A stretch of 64,000 bases of DNA. Source: Leptospira sp. GTDB taxonomy: Bacteria > Spirochaetota > Leptospiria > Leptospirales > Leptospiraceae. This document shows positions 20,548 to 32,855 of the stretch, in pieces. Numbering within the stretch: the stretch's first letter is position 1; the number at the start of each line of letters is the position of its first letter. The position numbers were made by a program, and so were the translations under genes. The notes beneath the pieces are model-generated. The model did no database searches, was not told the DNA's origin, and was given only the letters and a program-made list of their open reading frames with translations. The DNA lies in the NCBI GenBank assembly GCA_002786225.1, contig PEQN01000004.1:85915-149914 (forward strand), given 5' to 3'.

Positions 20548-20964
20548 TTATTTTTTATAACGGAAGGCATAACCCTTCCAAATTTTAATTTGTCTTTCTG
20601 ATTCATAAGCATGAGTAGTCTTACCTCGTGTGTCCATAGTTGTGAAAATGGTATCATCTACAGATTCTACCTTATTTGAAGAAATCCAAACCCCATCCAT
20701 TTTTTTCTCGAACATTTCTTTTTTGATATTTTTGGTATAATCTTTCAGAGTCCCTGTTCCCTCGAAATCACGGATGGCTACAGTTCCTACAATTAAAAAT
20801 CTTCGATCCGGCCTTGAAAGTAAGATTTCAACTTCCTGCCATGACTTTTTGGAATATTCTTCATAATCTTTGCGATAATCAGCGTCGGGTATAAAATCTA
20901 CCGTCGTGTTGCAATTAAAATAGAGACTAACACAAATAAAAGCTACAAAAAGTTTAGATCTCAT
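20548..20964 (-). CDS. putative lipoprotein
   Basis: Signal peptide MRSKLFVAFICVSLYFNC with a candidate lipobox Cys. 138 aa, no recognised domain. Confidence 0.55.
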   Translation of the reverse strand: MRSKLFVAFICVSLYFNCNTTVDFIPDADYRKDYEEYSKKSWQEVEILLSRPDRRFLIVGTVAIRDFEGTGTLKDYTKNIKKEMFEKKMDGVWISSNKVESVDDTIFTTMDTRGKTTHAYESERQIKIWKGYAFRYKK

Positions 20965-21039
20965 CTAGTTAATTAGACAATTTTATGCTTTCTTTTTTCT
21001 GTCTATTTAGAAAGATTAAGTCTGGACTCATAAGATACA

Positions 21040-21726
21040 ATGGAAGAAAAAGACCTCAATAAAAAGTCTAGAGAAAATGTTCTTAAAATCGGCTATTGTA
21101 CTCTCGATGAGTTAGAAGAAAAGGTAAAATCCTTTCGAATTATGAACCAGAATGCGGTTAAGAAAAGGTATATCATTACAAGAGAACCTGTTCTTGATTC
21201 TGCCAATAAACCAATTTTAAATAAGGCACAAGAGATTGATGTCAGCTCTGCGAAATTGCTGCGCCGTCACTTCAAAGGAAATCATGTTGTCAAAACATTT
21301 CAACCCGACGAAGGTATTGTGATCATTTCTGATATGGATAGCCCAGAAGGTATTTCTTTTACTATGGATATAGTTACTCAGATTATGAACCTTGGTGGTG
21401 GTGCTTATGAGGGGTTCATAGACCGAGTTGATAGCTTCACAGATTTTATTGAATTATTAAAGAAGAACTTATTCCCTAAGTTGATTATTGTAGGATATTT
21501 ACCCAAAGAAAAGATCCAAAATGAAATAATCAATTTCGTCCGTGTGAAACGGATAGACAATTACATTCGAGTCATTGAACTTACCCATTCTGGATACAAA
21601 CCTCAGGCTTACTTCCCTAAAATGAAACAAGTTCATCTATCCCAAGAAGATCCAAAATCTTGGGGGAGATTTGTAATAGAAATTATTAGAGAATACACTC
21701 GTCCTTACTTCATCGAAGAAGTTTAG
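21040..21726 (+). CDS. hypothetical protein
   Basis: 228-aa ORF with coding-like composition. No motif recognised. Confidence 0.5.
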   Translation: MEEKDLNKKSRENVLKIGYCTLDELEEKVKSFRIMNQNAVKKRYIITREPVLDSANKPILNKAQEIDVSSAKLLRRHFKGNHVVKTFQPDEGIVIISDMDSPEGISFTMDIVTQIMNLGGGAYEGFIDRVDSFTDFIELLKKNLFPKLIIVGYLPKEKIQNEIINFVRVKRIDNYIRVIELTHSGYKPQAYFPKMKQVHLSQEDPKSWGRFVIEIIREYTRPYFIEEV

Positions 21727-21805
21727 TATAAATTACACTTAAAATCAGATATACTACTAATCTTATATAATTAGCTTAGCCTTAGCTTGACCTTGAATTT
21801 TACTT

Positions 21806-24337
21806 TTAAGCAATATAATAATTCAAGTTCTCTTGTAGAACATCAGGTATCATTCCCGCTTCATTAGCGTACTTTTTGTATCTATTCTCATGCTCCTTAT
21901 GTTGCTTGGAACGAATATTTTTGAAACGGTTGTGTATTTCTGCAAATGCTGGTTGCGAAGCGAGCCTATCTCTAATATCTTTATGGAATGGTATATGTCT
22001 ATAAAAGATAGAGCGAACAACTCGGTTCAATCTTTGGACACCAGCCGCTTCAAACTTCATCCAAAGCAAATAGTCACTTGCAAATTTATCTCTATCGTTT
22101 CGGAATCTTTTAAATTCTGAGGCAAGTTTTTCTTTGATTTCTAAAGATAGATCTTTGTTTTTCTTGAAGAACTGAACATAATCAGTATAATCTGCTGTGA
22201 TAGATGGCATACCGACATTATTCCAATCAGGACCAAGAATATTTTTACATAGTTCCCAACGGAAGGCAGCAATAGTCTCCATAAGAACTGTTTTGAGATC
22301 GCCCGTCACAAAGGTTGGTAGTACAAAACGTCCTTTAGATTCTTTAGAGCCAGAACCTTTGAATATAGAAAGATCCTGCCACATCATGATTTTACTTCCT
22401 ATTGATGGAACAATTATCAAATCTGGCAAAATACTTTTCTGAATAAATTCAGAGCGAATTCCTATTTCCTCATTTTTATATATGATCTCACGGTGAAATG
22501 CAGTATAATCAATTTCAAGGATTTCCATAATCGTCTTGAAGACTAGTTCCTTAGTCACCAAGCATTTATCCAAAGGAATGCTTACATGATACCTAGTTAA
22601 AATTGGTAAATGAGTTGCAGGACCTCCTGATGTTAAGCGAACATTGGGTTCATACATTGCAGACATTTCAAAGGCAAGTCTAGCTTCTGAAGTATCCACA
22701 GAAGGTGGTAAATCAGATTCTTTTTTGTAATTTACATCACGAGATTCTAACTTAATCTTTTCAAAGAAAGTCTGTCCTAATTCATCAATGGAGGAAGGCG
22801 CCTTTTTATTATAAATGATATCTAACCATTCAGGACCGTAATAGGACTTAAGTTGCTCTCTGTAGTTAGGAGAAGGATCCATATTAGAAATAAGAAATGA
22901 AATATGCTCATCATCTAACAGGGTTTCATCGAAATACCCATATTGCAACATCATTTGAACTACTCTTGGAGCCGCATTTCTATTTGCTATACTTTTTAGG
23001 TAACTAGCTTTGTAGACATCCCAGTAAGTTTTTGTTATATTTCTTCGGATCTTTCTTATATCTGGATCAGAATCCAAGGGATTCTTAAGGCCTTTTAATT
23101 TAATCATTAAGGCGGAAAATTCTTTCACTTGATCTGCATTGAGACTTGCAAAATTAAGAATCTGACTTGCAGAATTCAAAAGTTCTCCACGCATAGCTTC
23201 CATATCAATTCCAGCAGTTGTGGTTCCCACAGCCGATGAAGAAGATTTTGATTTTTCTTTGATTTCTCCAGAGAATTTCGTATTTAAGCTTTGGATTTTG
23301 GATCTTAAACCTTGGTAACCACTTGAAACTTTGAGATAAGGAGAACCAAAGATATTCTTGTATGAGCTATAAAATACCTCTGATTTTTTCTGAATGGATT
23401 CTAATAAGGGTAGAATGGATGAAGCGGATAGAGAGGAATAACCTGTCTCTAAAAGTTCTCCAATTAACACATATTTGTCGACTAGCGAATTCTCATCTCC
23501 AGCAAAAATATCCAAGTAAGTTTCCAGTCTCTCAATTTCTGATTCCATGGAATCTTTGATGTTGTTTAGTGTGTCTGCAATTTTTTCAACAGAATGAATC
23601 AATAGACTTGGATCTGCTTCAAAAAGAGCAGCCTGGATTTTAGGATTTACTGAAAGGATTTTGCGGATGAAATGAAACTCCTTATCATCTAATTCGAGAT
23701 CATCTTGGTAACTTTTGTTTAAAAATTCGGAAAGATCATCCTCTAGAAATTTTAGATTCGGTTCCTGGGGTAGTCTTCCACCGCGTTCCATGAACTTTGA
23801 TAAATTATCTCTAACCATACTGAGTATGGGATCTATAATATTTTCATCCGTTGGTATAGGTTGATTGATATCTATGTTCGGAAATACTCCAGGATTGCAA
23901 AGATAGTATGTAAGACTTAGGTTATCTGAAAAAGATTCAACCATACTTGCAAGTTTAACAACTTGGTTGTTCTTTTTGAAAAATTCTCCAACCTCACGCA
24001 TGGTTGTTCTTGCAACCATCATAGCTAAGGAAACCTTAGATGCTAAAGTTTTTTGTACAGAAGATGGACTCATTGCATAAGTTGAGATTACACAATTTGA
24101 TTTTGCTCTTATGGTATAAAAATAATTTCCACCATCCAGTAGCGCTGCTGCACCAAGAGTTATATTTGGACCTGCCAAAATATAGAGAGGAATACTGGAT
24201 TCTCCTACTTTTTTCTCAAAGGAAACATTGCCTTCATGGAGAATATTCAGTGAGTTGCATGGACTGCCTTGCAGAAAAAGCACTTCTCCAGCCGGAACTT
24301 GAAGTTTTTGATTGTTGGTTCTTGTATCAATTGGCAT
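21806..24337 (-). CDS. large protein with degenerate cyclic-nucleotide-binding-like N-terminal domain
   Basis: 843 aa. The N-terminus ([27 protein letters not shown]...[23 protein letters not shown]) follows the CAP/cNMP beta-barrel pattern but lacks a clean FGE...R[ST]A cassette. The remaining ~700 aa are unassigned. Confidence 0.7.
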   Translation of the reverse strand: MPIDTRTNNQKLQVPAGEVLFLQGSPCNSLNILHEGNVSFEKKVGESSIPLYILAGPNITLGAAALLDGGNYFYTIRAKSNCVISTYAMSPSSVQKTLASKVSLAMMVARTTMREVGEFFKKNNQVVKLASMVESFSDNLSLTYYLCNPGVFPNIDINQPIPTDENIIDPILSMVRDNLSKFMERGGRLPQEPNLKFLEDDLSEFLNKSYQDDLELDDKEFHFIRKILSVNPKIQAALFEADPSLLIHSVEKIADTLNNIKDSMESEIERLETYLDIFAGDENSLVDKYVLIGELLETGYSSLSASSILPLLESIQKKSEVFYSSYKNIFGSPYLKVSSGYQGLRSKIQSLNTKFSGEIKEKSKSSSSAVGTTTAGIDMEAMRGELLNSASQILNFASLNADQVKEFSALMIKLKGLKNPLDSDPDIRKIRRNITKTYWDVYKASYLKSIANRNAAPRVVQMMLQYGYFDETLLDDEHISFLISNMDPSPNYREQLKSYYGPEWLDIIYNKKAPSSIDELGQTFFEKIKLESRDVNYKKESDLPPSVDTSEARLAFEMSAMYEPNVRLTSGGPATHLPILTRYHVSIPLDKCLVTKELVFKTIMEILEIDYTAFHREIIYKNEEIGIRSEFIQKSILPDLIIVPSIGSKIMMWQDLSIFKGSGSKESKGRFVLPTFVTGDLKTVLMETIAAFRWELCKNILGPDWNNVGMPSITADYTDYVQFFKKNKDLSLEIKEKLASEFKRFRNDRDKFASDYLLWMKFEAAGVQRLNRVVRSIFYRHIPFHKDIRDRLASQPAFAEIHNRFKNIRSKQHKEHENRYKKYANEAGMIPDVLQENLNYYIA

Positions 24338-24364
24338 TTTGTTTTTATGTAATCATGCCTCGTT

Positions 24365-25708
24365 TTGGTTGATTTTGACAAATACTTTTACATGCAAAAT
24401 ATGAATATCACACGAAAAAGTCCTTTAAAGCTAGCGAATATCCCAGTTTCAGTTCCAGGAGATAAATCTTTATCCCATAGGTTTGTAATTTTTTCTTCCA
24501 TCATCCAAGGTGTATCAGAGTGTACTGGATTTTTGGAAGCAGAAGACCCACTCCATACTATGAAATGCTTTTCTGAATTGGGAGTTCAGTTTGAAAAAAT
24601 GGGAGAATCTTCGTATAAAGTGATTTCTCCTGGGATAAAATTTTGGAAATCTCCCAATAAAAGTTTAGATTTTGGAAATGGGGGAACAGGAATCCGTCTT
24701 TCAGCTGGTATTTTGGCTGGTAGTCCTGGAATACTTGCCACACTCACAGGAGATGCTTCTTTACAGAAGAGACCCATGAATCGAATCCTAGATCCTTTAT
24801 CGAAGATGGGTGCAAAAATTGCATCCATACATTCCGATGGGAAGGCTCCATTGAAATTAGAAGGTGTGCAATTAAAAGATTATTCCTATGAAAGCCCTAT
24901 TGCTTCTGCCCAAGTTAAGAGCTGTTTGATTTTTGCAGCCATGGCATCTGGAGTAAGTTTGGAATACAAAGAGCCTGAATTATCAAGAGACCATACAGAA
25001 AATATGATACGATTTCTGGGCGGTGAGATTGAATATTTAACTGCTACACATTTTCGGCTTAAACCTCCTTATAACTTTTCTGGTAAAAAATTTTCCATCC
25101 CAGGAGATATATCTTCGGCAAGTTTCTTTATCGTACTCGGATTGTTAGCTGGTGACGGTTCGATTTTGCATATCAAGAATATAGGATTAAACCCATCACG
25201 CATTGGAATTATTGAAGTACTTAAACTGATGGGTGGCAAGATTCAAATTGTAAATCAAAGAGAAGAATGCGGTGAAATAACAGGTGATTTAGAAGTATAT
25301 GGGAGTGAACTTCATAGAATCAATATAGAGGAAAAATGGATTCCCTCAATTATTGATGAAATTCCTATACTTACTATAGCGGGGATCTTCTCCAAGGCAG
25401 GTTTCTCAATAGAAAATGCCAAAGAGCTGAGAGCCAAAGAATCAGATCGTATCCATGCTATGGTAGTGAACTTAAAGAAACTAGGCATCCAAGTAAATGA
25501 AAAAGAAGATGGTTATAGCTTTGACGAGATCACAGATTTACAAACGGGAGCAGAGATAGAAACCTTTATGGACCATAGAATTGCAATGAGTTTCTCAATT
25601 TTAAATGCTGTAATAAATTTAGATCTCAAAATAGATGATGTGTCTTGGGTAGAGACTTCGTTTCCTGGATTTTTTGATAAATTAAAATCCTTGGTTTCCT
25701 TAGCATGA
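24365..25708 (+). CDS. aroA: 3-phosphoshikimate 1-carboxyvinyltransferase (EPSP synthase)
   Basis: [19 protein letters not shown] and [10 protein letters not shown] motifs. The true start is probably ATG 24392 or 24401 (MNITRK) rather than TTG 24365. Confidence 0.93.
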   Translation: MVDFDKYFYMQNMNITRKSPLKLANIPVSVPGDKSLSHRFVIFSSIIQGVSECTGFLEAEDPLHTMKCFSELGVQFEKMGESSYKVISPGIKFWKSPNKSLDFGNGGTGIRLSAGILAGSPGILATLTGDASLQKRPMNRILDPLSKMGAKIASIHSDGKAPLKLEGVQLKDYSYESPIASAQVKSCLIFAAMASGVSLEYKEPELSRDHTENMIRFLGGEIEYLTATHFRLKPPYNFSGKKFSIPGDISSASFFIVLGLLAGDGSILHIKNIGLNPSRIGIIEVLKLMGGKIQIVNQREECGEITGDLEVYGSELHRINIEEKWIPSIIDEIPILTIAGIFSKAGFSIENAKELRAKESDRIHAMVVNLKKLGIQVNEKEDGYSFDEITDLQTGAEIETFMDHRIAMSFSILNAVINLDLKIDDVSWVETSFPGFFDKLKSLVSLA

Positions 25709-26412
25709 ACCACATTGACTCTGTTATAGCAATCGATGGCCCTGCTGGATCGGGAAAAAGTACTGTGGCAAGAGAAATTGCTAAAATTCTTGGAATTCAC
25801 TATTTGGATTCAGGAGCATTTTACAGAACCCTAACTCTTGCAATATTTAAATACTATAAAGCAAGTGAATCCCAACAAGATTTTGCAGATTGGATAGCTG
25901 AAATGCAAAACATTTTGCCTCTGGATCAGTGGCAGATTCGATTGGATTTTGGTCATGGAGATGAGAATAAATTATTTCTTAATTCTGAAGAAGTCACAAG
26001 TCAAATCCGAACGCCAGAAATCACAGAAAAGATAAAATACATAGCCGATAAGCAAATTTTTCGAGATTTCGTAAATGAAAGGATTCGTGCTTTAGCAAGG
26101 GATAACAAATTGGTGATGGATGGGCGAGATATTGGAACAGAAGTCTTTCCCGATTCTCGAAATAAATTCTTTCTAACTGCAAGCCCTGAGGTTCGAGCAA
26201 AACGAAGATTGGACGAATTGCTTGCCAAAAAGATTCCTGCAGATTGGGAAGAAGTTTATTCCGAAATGGTGAAAAGAGATGACTCGGATCGCAATAGAAA
26301 AATTGCTCCCTTGCTTGCTGCTAAAGATGCAATCTTGATTGACACTGATTCTTTATCTATAAAACTTGTCATTGAGACGATCCTGTCTAGAATCCTGGAA
26401 TCTAAATCTTAG
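25705..26412 (+). CDS. cmk: (d)CMP kinase
   Basis: [14 protein letters not shown]-loop. aroA-cmk-rpsA synteny. ATG overlaps the aroA stop. Confidence 0.93.
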   Translation: MNHIDSVIAIDGPAGSGKSTVAREIAKILGIHYLDSGAFYRTLTLAIFKYYKASESQQDFADWIAEMQNILPLDQWQIRLDFGHGDENKLFLNSEEVTSQIRTPEITEKIKYIADKQIFRDFVNERIRALARDNKLVMDGRDIGTEVFPDSRNKFFLTASPEVRAKRRLDELLAKKIPADWEEVYSEMVKRDDSDRNRKIAPLLAAKDAILIDTDSLSIKLVIETILSRILESKS

Positions 26413-26458
26413 ATTTTCATGCATTTCTGGGCAAATTTACAGTTAAATCCGGACGAAA

Positions 26459-28141
26459 TTGAATTCCCAAGAAACCACAACCACCGAAAAAGCATCCTTT
26501 GCTCAGATTTTAGAAGCATGGGAGACCAACGAACAAGATAACCAACTGTCCAACAAAGGACAGATCATTGAAGGCGTAGTAGTAGAGACACGAGAAGATA
26601 CTGTGTTTCTAGATATAGGCGAGAAGCAAGAAGGGCGAGTTCCTCTTTCTGATTTCTATAACGATGCTCCTTCTACAGGAACCCCCGTATCAGTCGTTTT
26701 GAAACGACGTGTTGATGGCTACGCTATACTTTCTAAGAAAGAAGCTGACATCCGCAAAGGATGGGATTCCATTCGCGATGCTTATACGAACGGCTACCCA
26801 GTAATGGGCAAAGTAGTTGGTGAGATAAAAGGGAAGGGCTTTGTTGTCCATGTAGAAGATGTTAGTTTATTTTTGCCAGCATCTCATCTTGCTATGAAAT
26901 TCAAAGACCTTGCAGATCTAAAGACGAAAGAAATTGATGTCAAGATCATAGAGATCAACGAAAGAAACAAGTCCGGCGTAGTCTCTAGAAAGAAATTATT
27001 AGAAGAAGTGAACAACGAAAAGTGGGACGGCTTACTTGAAAAGGTAAAGATAGGCGACAAAGTCTCTGCGAAAGTTGTTAAGATAGCGAACTTTGGAGTT
27101 TTTTGTGAGGTGGAAGGAGTTATTGGTCTTCTCAGACAGAATGACATCAGCTATAAGAAATTTGCACCCTTCAAACAATTCTTCCAAGTTGGACAAGAAT
27201 TTGAAGTCTTGATTCTTGAACTAGATAAAGAAAATAATAAACTCTCCTTAGGTCTTAAGCAAATGCACGAAGACCCATGGGATTGGGCTAAGCGCGAGCT
27301 TGAAAAGGGAATGATAGTAAGTGGAACTGTAACTTCTCTTACAAGTTTCGGTGCCTTTGTTGAGTTGATGGATGGACTAGAAGGTTTGATCCACACATCG
27401 GAATTGACTTGGTCTAAGAAGCCTCCTCTTCCTAAAGATCTAATTAAGAAAGCTGATACAGTAGAAGCTGAAGTTCTAGATATTGACTTCGATAAACGAA
27501 GACTTTCTTTAAGCATGAAGCATCTCTTGCCAAACCCTTGGGATAACCTAAGTGCAAATGTAAGAGTTGGTAACAATCTAGAAGGAATTATCACTGGAAT
27601 TACCAAATACGGTGCCTTTGTTGAAGTAGAAAGCGGAATTGAAGGTTTAATTCACCTATCCGATATCACATGGGATGAGAAAGAAAAGAACCCAACTGCT
27701 CTTCTTAAAAAAGGTCAGAAAGTAGAATATAAAATCTTAGATGTGAACTTAGATTCCCAAAGAATTTCTTGTGGCTTGAAGCAATTAACCGAACATCCAT
27801 ACGAAGCTCTTAAGAAGAAATACCCACCAGGTACTTTGGTAGAAGGTAAGATAAAATCAATAGTTAGTTTTGGAGTCTTCGTTGAAGTAGAGCCAGGATT
27901 TGAAGGTCTTGTTCATATTTCCGAGATACCTCCTGATAGAACCAACCAGTTGGAAGAATACTATCCTATTGGTGCTATCGTTAAGACAGCAGTTCTAAAG
28001 ATTGATTCCAATACCAAAAAGATTTCTTTATCTATCAAAGATCATGATAAAGCAGTAGAAAGAGAAGAAATGGCGAAATACATCAAAGATGATGGCGAAG
28101 TTTCCCGTGAATCTCTTGGCTCTTTCATGAATTTGAAATAA
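26459..28141 (+). CDS. rpsA: 30S ribosomal protein S1
   Basis: Six S1/OB repeats (recurrent G.V..I...G.FVE....EGL.H.SE pattern). TTG start. Confidence 0.93.
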   Translation: MNSQETTTTEKASFAQILEAWETNEQDNQLSNKGQIIEGVVVETREDTVFLDIGEKQEGRVPLSDFYNDAPSTGTPVSVVLKRRVDGYAILSKKEADIRKGWDSIRDAYTNGYPVMGKVVGEIKGKGFVVHVEDVSLFLPASHLAMKFKDLADLKTKEIDVKIIEINERNKSGVVSRKKLLEEVNNEKWDGLLEKVKIGDKVSAKVVKIANFGVFCEVEGVIGLLRQNDISYKKFAPFKQFFQVGQEFEVLILELDKENNKLSLGLKQMHEDPWDWAKRELEKGMIVSGTVTSLTSFGAFVELMDGLEGLIHTSELTWSKKPPLPKDLIKKADTVEAEVLDIDFDKRRLSLSMKHLLPNPWDNLSANVRVGNNLEGIITGITKYGAFVEVESGIEGLIHLSDITWDEKEKNPTALLKKGQKVEYKILDVNLDSQRISCGLKQLTEHPYEALKKKYPPGTLVEGKIKSIVSFGVFVEVEPGFEGLVHISEIPPDRTNQLEEYYPIGAIVKTAVLKIDSNTKKISLSIKDHDKAVEREEMAKYIKDDGEVSRESLGSFMNLK

Positions 28142-28148
28142 GAATCGA

Positions 28149-28913
28149 ATGGGAAATAAATTTCAGAAAAAGAATCTTGCTCAGCTTAAGAAAGAAGAAG
28201 AAGCCATCCTTGATCGTGATTTAGAAGACTTTCAAGGAACTTCTACTGAATTATTTTTCATTAAGCTTACAAGAAGGATACAACGCAACCGTATACAAGT
28301 ATTGGCAGGGCTTGTTGCTGTCTTTGTCATTCTCGCCTCCGTCATTGGATATCTAGAATATTCGAGTTATAAAGAACTAAAGTCCACGGAGAAGTTGGAG
28401 AATATCTTAGAATCTTGGACTACGAATCCTTTAATTCCAAGCAAAGATAAGATTTCTGTTATGGAAAATTTTCATGCAAATGACTCTAGCGGTGCAGTTA
28501 AAATCAGAACTGCTAAGATACTTGCTGATCTTTATGTTCAGGAGAAGAATTTTGCTAAGGCTGCCGAACTATTAGAAACTTCGGGTAAGAAAATCGATCC
28601 ACTGAGAGAATCAAAAGCATATTACTTTTTCTTGGCTGGCAACTATCGCGAGTTAGCTGGAGAAAAAGATTTAGCCTTGGTTAACTATGAAATCTCTGCA
28701 TCCTTACTTGATTCCTTGAGGGAAGCCCCTTCCTTTAAAGCATGGGCGATTTACCACGTTGGAAGATTGAAGTATGAGAAGGGTGACAAGAATGGAGCTA
28801 GTGATTCTCTTCGCAAGGTTCTAAACTTAGAACCAGGTGACGCACAAGCTGACCTAGAAGAAGTTAAGAAGCTTTCTACCTTTCTTCTTTTGAAATTATC
28901 AAAAATTAACTAA
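28149..28913 (+). CDS. membrane-anchored TPR-like protein
   Basis: Single TM ([19 protein letters not shown]) followed by helical TPR-like repeats. Abuts hisG. Confidence 0.55.
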   Translation: MGNKFQKKNLAQLKKEEEAILDRDLEDFQGTSTELFFIKLTRRIQRNRIQVLAGLVAVFVILASVIGYLEYSSYKELKSTEKLENILESWTTNPLIPSKDKISVMENFHANDSSGAVKIRTAKILADLYVQEKNFAKAAELLETSGKKIDPLRESKAYYFFLAGNYRELAGEKDLALVNYEISASLLDSLREAPSFKAWAIYHVGRLKYEKGDKNGASDSLRKVLNLEPGDAQADLEEVKKLSTFLLLKLSKIN

Positions 28914-29527
28914 TGCTTACGGTTGCCCTACCTAAGGGAAGACTTGCTGAGGAAAGTATAGAACTCTTACTGGCTAAGAATATGCTTTCCAAGCTCCCTG
29001 ATCCAGATTCTAAAGAATTAATCTATGAAGACCCAAATCGCAAAATTCGCCTTCTATTCGTTAGGTCGCAAGATGTCCCTACCTACGTGGAAGAAAGTTC
29101 TGCCGATGCAGGCATAGTTGGATGGGACATAATCCAAGAAGGTGGCTATGATGTATTGGTTCTTAAAGATTTAGGTATAGGGAAGTGCAGACTTTCTCTT
29201 GCGGGCAAAGATGATTTTCATCCTCTAACTAAATTATCCAAAGTAAAAGTTGCAACAAAGTATACAGAACTGACTCGTAAATTTTTCTTCTCCAAAGGAA
29301 TCAGCTGTGAAGTTGTAAAATTATATGGATCAATTGAGCTTGCCCCTTTGGTGGGTCTGGCTGATTGCATTGTGGATTTAGTGTCTACAGGATCTACTCT
29401 TAAGGCAAATGGATTGAAGGAAATTGAAGTCATTTTGGAATCTTCCGCTCAATTAGTATGGAACAGGTCTTCTTTCTATACAAAACGTAAGGAAGCGTTT
29501 GAATTCTTGCAGAGTATTGAAAAATAA
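28913..29527 (+). CDS. hisG: ATP phosphoribosyltransferase, short (HisZ-dependent) form
   Basis: 204 aa. [10 protein letters not shown] and [14 protein letters not shown] motifs, no C-terminal regulatory domain. Confidence 0.9.
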   Translation: MLTVALPKGRLAEESIELLLAKNMLSKLPDPDSKELIYEDPNRKIRLLFVRSQDVPTYVEESSADAGIVGWDIIQEGGYDVLVLKDLGIGKCRLSLAGKDDFHPLTKLSKVKVATKYTELTRKFFFSKGISCEVVKLYGSIELAPLVGLADCIVDLVSTGSTLKANGLKEIEVILESSAQLVWNRSSFYTKRKEAFEFLQSIEK

Positions 29528-29599
29528 AATCTTGTTTCCTAGGCTAGAGAAAAAATGATAGTTAAATCGTATTCGAATATATAAATCCAGAGGAATGTT

Positions 29600-29800
29600 A
29601 TGGCCGTCCCCAAAAGACGTAAGTCAAAGTCAAAAGTCAGATCAAAAAGAGCCCACCACGCTATAGGAAAACCTAACCTATCGTCGTGCAAAAATTGTGG
29701 ATCCTACGTACTCTCTCATAGAGTGTGCCCCTACTGCGGTTTCTATAAAGATAGGATAGTCCTACAACCTAAAGCCAAAGCAGAGACGCCAGAAAAGTAA
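29600..29800 (+). CDS. rpmF: 50S ribosomal protein L32
   Basis: [13 protein letters not shown]-terminus and a CxxC...CxxC zinc ribbon. AGAGGA RBS. Confidence 0.95.
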   Translation: MAVPKRRKSKSKVRSKRAHHAIGKPNLSSCKNCGSYVLSHRVCPYCGFYKDRIVLQPKAKAETPEK

Positions 29801-29806
29801 TAGAGT

Positions 29807-30814
29807 ATGTGGGTCGCTGTTGACGCGATGAGCGGAGATTACGGCCCCGAATGCATAGTAGAAGGCGCCGTTAACGCCTCTAATGATTGGGGCAACCAAG
29901 TGGTTCTCGTAGGTAGAGAAGAGGACCTAGTAGAAATTTTACTTAAATACGAATACGATTCCAATAAAATCAAAGTAGTCCATGCAACTGAGATCATTGA
30001 TATGAATGACTCTCCCTCTGTTGCTGTTCGGGCTATGGAAGATTCATCCATAGTACAAGCTGTTAAACTCGTTGCTCAGAAAGAATGCATAGGGGTCTTT
30101 TCTCCAGGCAATACTGGTGCAACAATGGCAGCAGCCTTGCTCCATATGGGAAGGCTAAATAAGGTTATGCGACCTCCAATTGCCGCCCCTATTCCCAGAG
30201 AAACAGGCAAGCCCATGGTACTTCTTGATGCAGGTGCAAATGTAGACTGTAAACCAGAATATTTAGTACAATTTGCACTCATGGGTGATATTTACGCTCG
30301 CCAAGTTTTGGGAATTGAAAATCCAAAAGTAGGACTGCTCTCGAATGGGGAAGAAGATAAGAAAGGATCAGCAGTCACACTAAAGGCATTTGATACTCTC
30401 AAGAAAATCAAAGTAATAGATTTTATCGGAAATATTGAAGGCAGAGATCTCTATGGATCTGGTCGTGAGGTGGATGTAGTAGTTTGTGATGGTTTCATAG
30501 GCAATATAGTTCTCAAAGCTACAGAGGGACTTTCTAAATCTATTTTTAATGTGCTTCGCAATAGCATCAAAGAATCTAGTCTCGCACAAACTGGAGCGCT
30601 TTTGCTAAAACCAACATTTACGGCTGTTAAGCGCAGATTGGATTATGCAGAATACGGTGGCGCTCTCTTATTAGGAGTGGAAGGAATATGCATGATAGGT
30701 CATGGCTCTTCTAGTGCCTTAGCTGTTAAGAATGCTATTAGAGTCATAACAGAATGCGGACAACATGAACTCAATGAGAAACTAGCTGCAAGGATGACTG
30801 AAATTCGAGTATAA
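29807..30814 (+). CDS. plsX: phosphate acyltransferase PlsX
   Basis: [19 protein letters not shown] and [13 protein letters not shown] motifs. rpmF-plsX synteny. Confidence 0.93.
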   Translation: MWVAVDAMSGDYGPECIVEGAVNASNDWGNQVVLVGREEDLVEILLKYEYDSNKIKVVHATEIIDMNDSPSVAVRAMEDSSIVQAVKLVAQKECIGVFSPGNTGATMAAALLHMGRLNKVMRPPIAAPIPRETGKPMVLLDAGANVDCKPEYLVQFALMGDIYARQVLGIENPKVGLLSNGEEDKKGSAVTLKAFDTLKKIKVIDFIGNIEGRDLYGSGREVDVVVCDGFIGNIVLKATEGLSKSIFNVLRNSIKESSLAQTGALLLKPTFTAVKRRLDYAEYGGALLLGVEGICMIGHGSSSALAVKNAIRVITECGQHELNEKLAARMTEIRV

Positions 30815-30913
30815 GCTTTTATAAAGAATGAAATAAATTGTTTATAAATTACGTGTAAGATAAATGTGAAATCATTTTAAAATTAGATTAAAAATAATAA
30901 AAGAGGTATTCAA

Positions 30914-31669
30914 GTGATAGATTTAACAGGAAAAGCAGCCATTGTTACTGGTGGTGCAAGAGGAATAGGGAAAGCAACTCTTCATAAATTGGGTTCTCTC
31001 GGAGCAAAGCTAGTAGTTGCTGATATGAATCCAGAGACTACAAATGCAACAGTGGAAGAATTCAAAAAATTGGGTTTTTCTGCTATAGCTTTTGTTGGCG
31101 ATATTTCTAAAGAAGACCAGTGCATAGCATTGATTGAAGCTTGCCAAAACGAATATGGTTCAGTTGATATTCTTGTAAACAACGCTGGTATCACAAAAGA
31201 CGGACTTCTTATGAGAATGAAGAAGGAAGCCTGGGATGCTGTAATAGCTGTTAACCTTACTGGTACTTACCTATGTACACAAGCAGCTATAAAGTATATG
31301 ATGAAACAAAAAAGTGGCTCCATTATCAATCTATCTTCTATTGCCGGTGAAAATGGAAATGTTGGTCAAACAAATTATTCTGCTTCTAAAGCAGGGGTAA
31401 TTGGTTTTACTAAAGCATGTGGCTTAGAACTTGCATCAAGAAACATTCGTGTAAATGCAATTGCACCTGGTTTTATTGCAACTGAGATGACAGATGCGAT
31501 TCCTGAAAAGATTCGTTTATCGATTCAGAATTCTATTCCTTTGAAAAGAGCAGGACAACCAGAAGATATAGCAAATGCTGTTGCCTTTCTTGCAAGTGAT
31601 GCATCTTCTTTTATCACTGGACATATACTTTCAGTGAATGGTGGAGGCTTCTTACCAGGAGCTGGTTGA
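30914..31669 (+). CDS. fabG: 3-oxoacyl-[ACP] reductase (SDR)
   Basis: TGGARGIG cofactor loop, NNAG, and the YSASKAG catalytic Tyr-x3-Lys. GTG start after AAGAGG. Sits upstream of acpP. Confidence 0.9.
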   Translation: MIDLTGKAAIVTGGARGIGKATLHKLGSLGAKLVVADMNPETTNATVEEFKKLGFSAIAFVGDISKEDQCIALIEACQNEYGSVDILVNNAGITKDGLLMRMKKEAWDAVIAVNLTGTYLCTQAAIKYMMKQKSGSIINLSSIAGENGNVGQTNYSASKAGVIGFTKACGLELASRNIRVNAIAPGFIATEMTDAIPEKIRLSIQNSIPLKRAGQPEDIANAVAFLASDASSFITGHILSVNGGGFLPGAG

Positions 31670-31825
31670 TTTTTGGTTTTTTTTTATAGAAACCAATAAA
31701 TTTCGTTTAAAGGCTTGCCAAATTTTTCGTGGATTGAAACCTAAAAAAACGATGAGTGTTTCTATACATTCATCGTAAATAAGAATTCTAATTTTGCCCC
31801 ACAAAGATGTGGCATGGAGGAAAAC

Positions 31826-32059
31826 ATGGCAGATTTCGAAAAAATAAAATCTATCATAGTAGAGCAGTTAGGAGTTGAAGAGTCTGAAGTTACTGAAGAC
31901 GCTCACTTCATCGATGATCTCGGTGCTGACTCTCTTGATACAGTTGAGCTAGTAATGGCTCTAGAAGAAGAGTTTGGAGTTGAAATTTCTGATGAAGATG
32001 CAGAAAAAATCCAAACTGTAGGTGATGTTAAAAAGTTTATTGATAAACTTAAAGGCTAA
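31826..32059 (+). CDS. acpP: acyl carrier protein
   Basis: [21 protein letters not shown] phosphopantetheine-Ser motif. ATG 31826 has GGAGG at ideal spacing, and the upstream in-frame ATG 31814 lies inside that RBS. Confidence 0.95.
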   Translation: MADFEKIKSIIVEQLGVEESEVTEDAHFIDDLGADSLDTVELVMALEEEFGVEISDEDAEKIQTVGDVKKFIDKLKG

Positions 32060-32073
32060 GCCTAGTTAGGATT

Positions 32074-32106
32074 CACCGGGGATTGAAAGACCCGGTGGAA
32101 CCTTTT
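32074..32106 (+). terminator. putative intrinsic terminator after acpP
   Basis: CACCGGG (32074-32080) pairs with CCCGGTG (32091-32097) across a 10-nt loop, followed by CCTTTTT. Confidence 0.5.
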
Positions 32107-32114
32107 TAAATCTA

Positions 32115-32855
32115 TTGCGTAGAAGAATCCCAAACGCATCGGATCGTAGAGACTACCTCAACCCCGATAGACTCCAACAACTCTCTAAACTTCAGAAAAT
32201 AATAAAAACCCAATTCTTAGATGTTAGTCTTTTGGATCAGGCATTTACACATCGATCCTTTGCGAACGAAACGAACTTTAAAATCGAAGACAATGAAAGG
32301 TTAGAATTTCTGGGCGATTCTGTCCTTGGATTTTTTGCAGCATCAATCTTATACAACCAATTTAAAGATATCCAAGAAGGTTCCCTTGCCAAATTAAAAA
32401 GTAAATTGGTTTCAGGACCTGTGCTAACGCAAATTTGTAAGAAACTAGGACTTATGGAATTCATTCGATTGGGAAAGGGTGAAAAAGATTCAGGAATAAA
32501 CAACGAAAGAGTCATGGAAAATCTTGTTGAAGCTCTTATCGGAGCAGTGTTCTTAGACCAGGGGCTTGAAGCTTGCAAAAGTTTCATCTTTCCCTATTTA
32601 AAGAAAAATATTGATGAAATCCATGAAATGGACTCTGTAAGAGATTATAAATCTTTATTGCAAGAACACAGCCAAAGAATTTTTAAAAAAACTCCTAAAT
32701 ATACACTGGTATCTGATGATGGACTGGATCATGACAAAATTTTTATAGTTAGAGTTGAAATGCCTGATGGTTCATCGGTAAATGGAACAGGGAAGAATAA
32801 GAGAAGCGCCGAGCATGATGCAGCAAAAAAATATCTTACCAAAGGAAAGAATTAA
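32115..32855 (+). CDS. rnc: ribonuclease III
   Basis: ERLEFLGDSVLG RNase III signature and a C-terminal dsRBD. TTG start. Confidence 0.9.
   Translation: MRRRIPNASDRRDYLNPDRLQQLSKLQKIIKTQFLDVSLLDQAFTHRSFANETNFKIEDNERLEFLGDSVLGFFAASILYNQFKDIQEGSLAKLKSKLVSGPVLTQICKKLGLMEFIRLGKGEKDSGINNERVMENLVEALIGAVFLDQGLEACKSFIFPYLKKNIDEIHEMDSVRDYKSLLQEHSQRIFKKTPKYTLVSDDGLDHDKIFIVRVEMPDGSSVNGTGKNKRSAEHDAAKKYLTKGKN

Noticed and set aside
21760-21790. Short TTAGC-type reiteration (attagcttagccttagcttga) between convergent genes
   Set aside because: It has only three imperfect 5-6-nt units, is not a hairpin and is not followed by a U-run. That is too short to call a repeat element or terminator.
28913-29527. 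Short-form hisG with no hisZ or other his genes nearby, as an anomaly
   Set aside because: Dispersed his and trp genes are common in small AT-rich genomes, and hisZ may simply be elsewhere. Nothing in the sequence itself is unusual.
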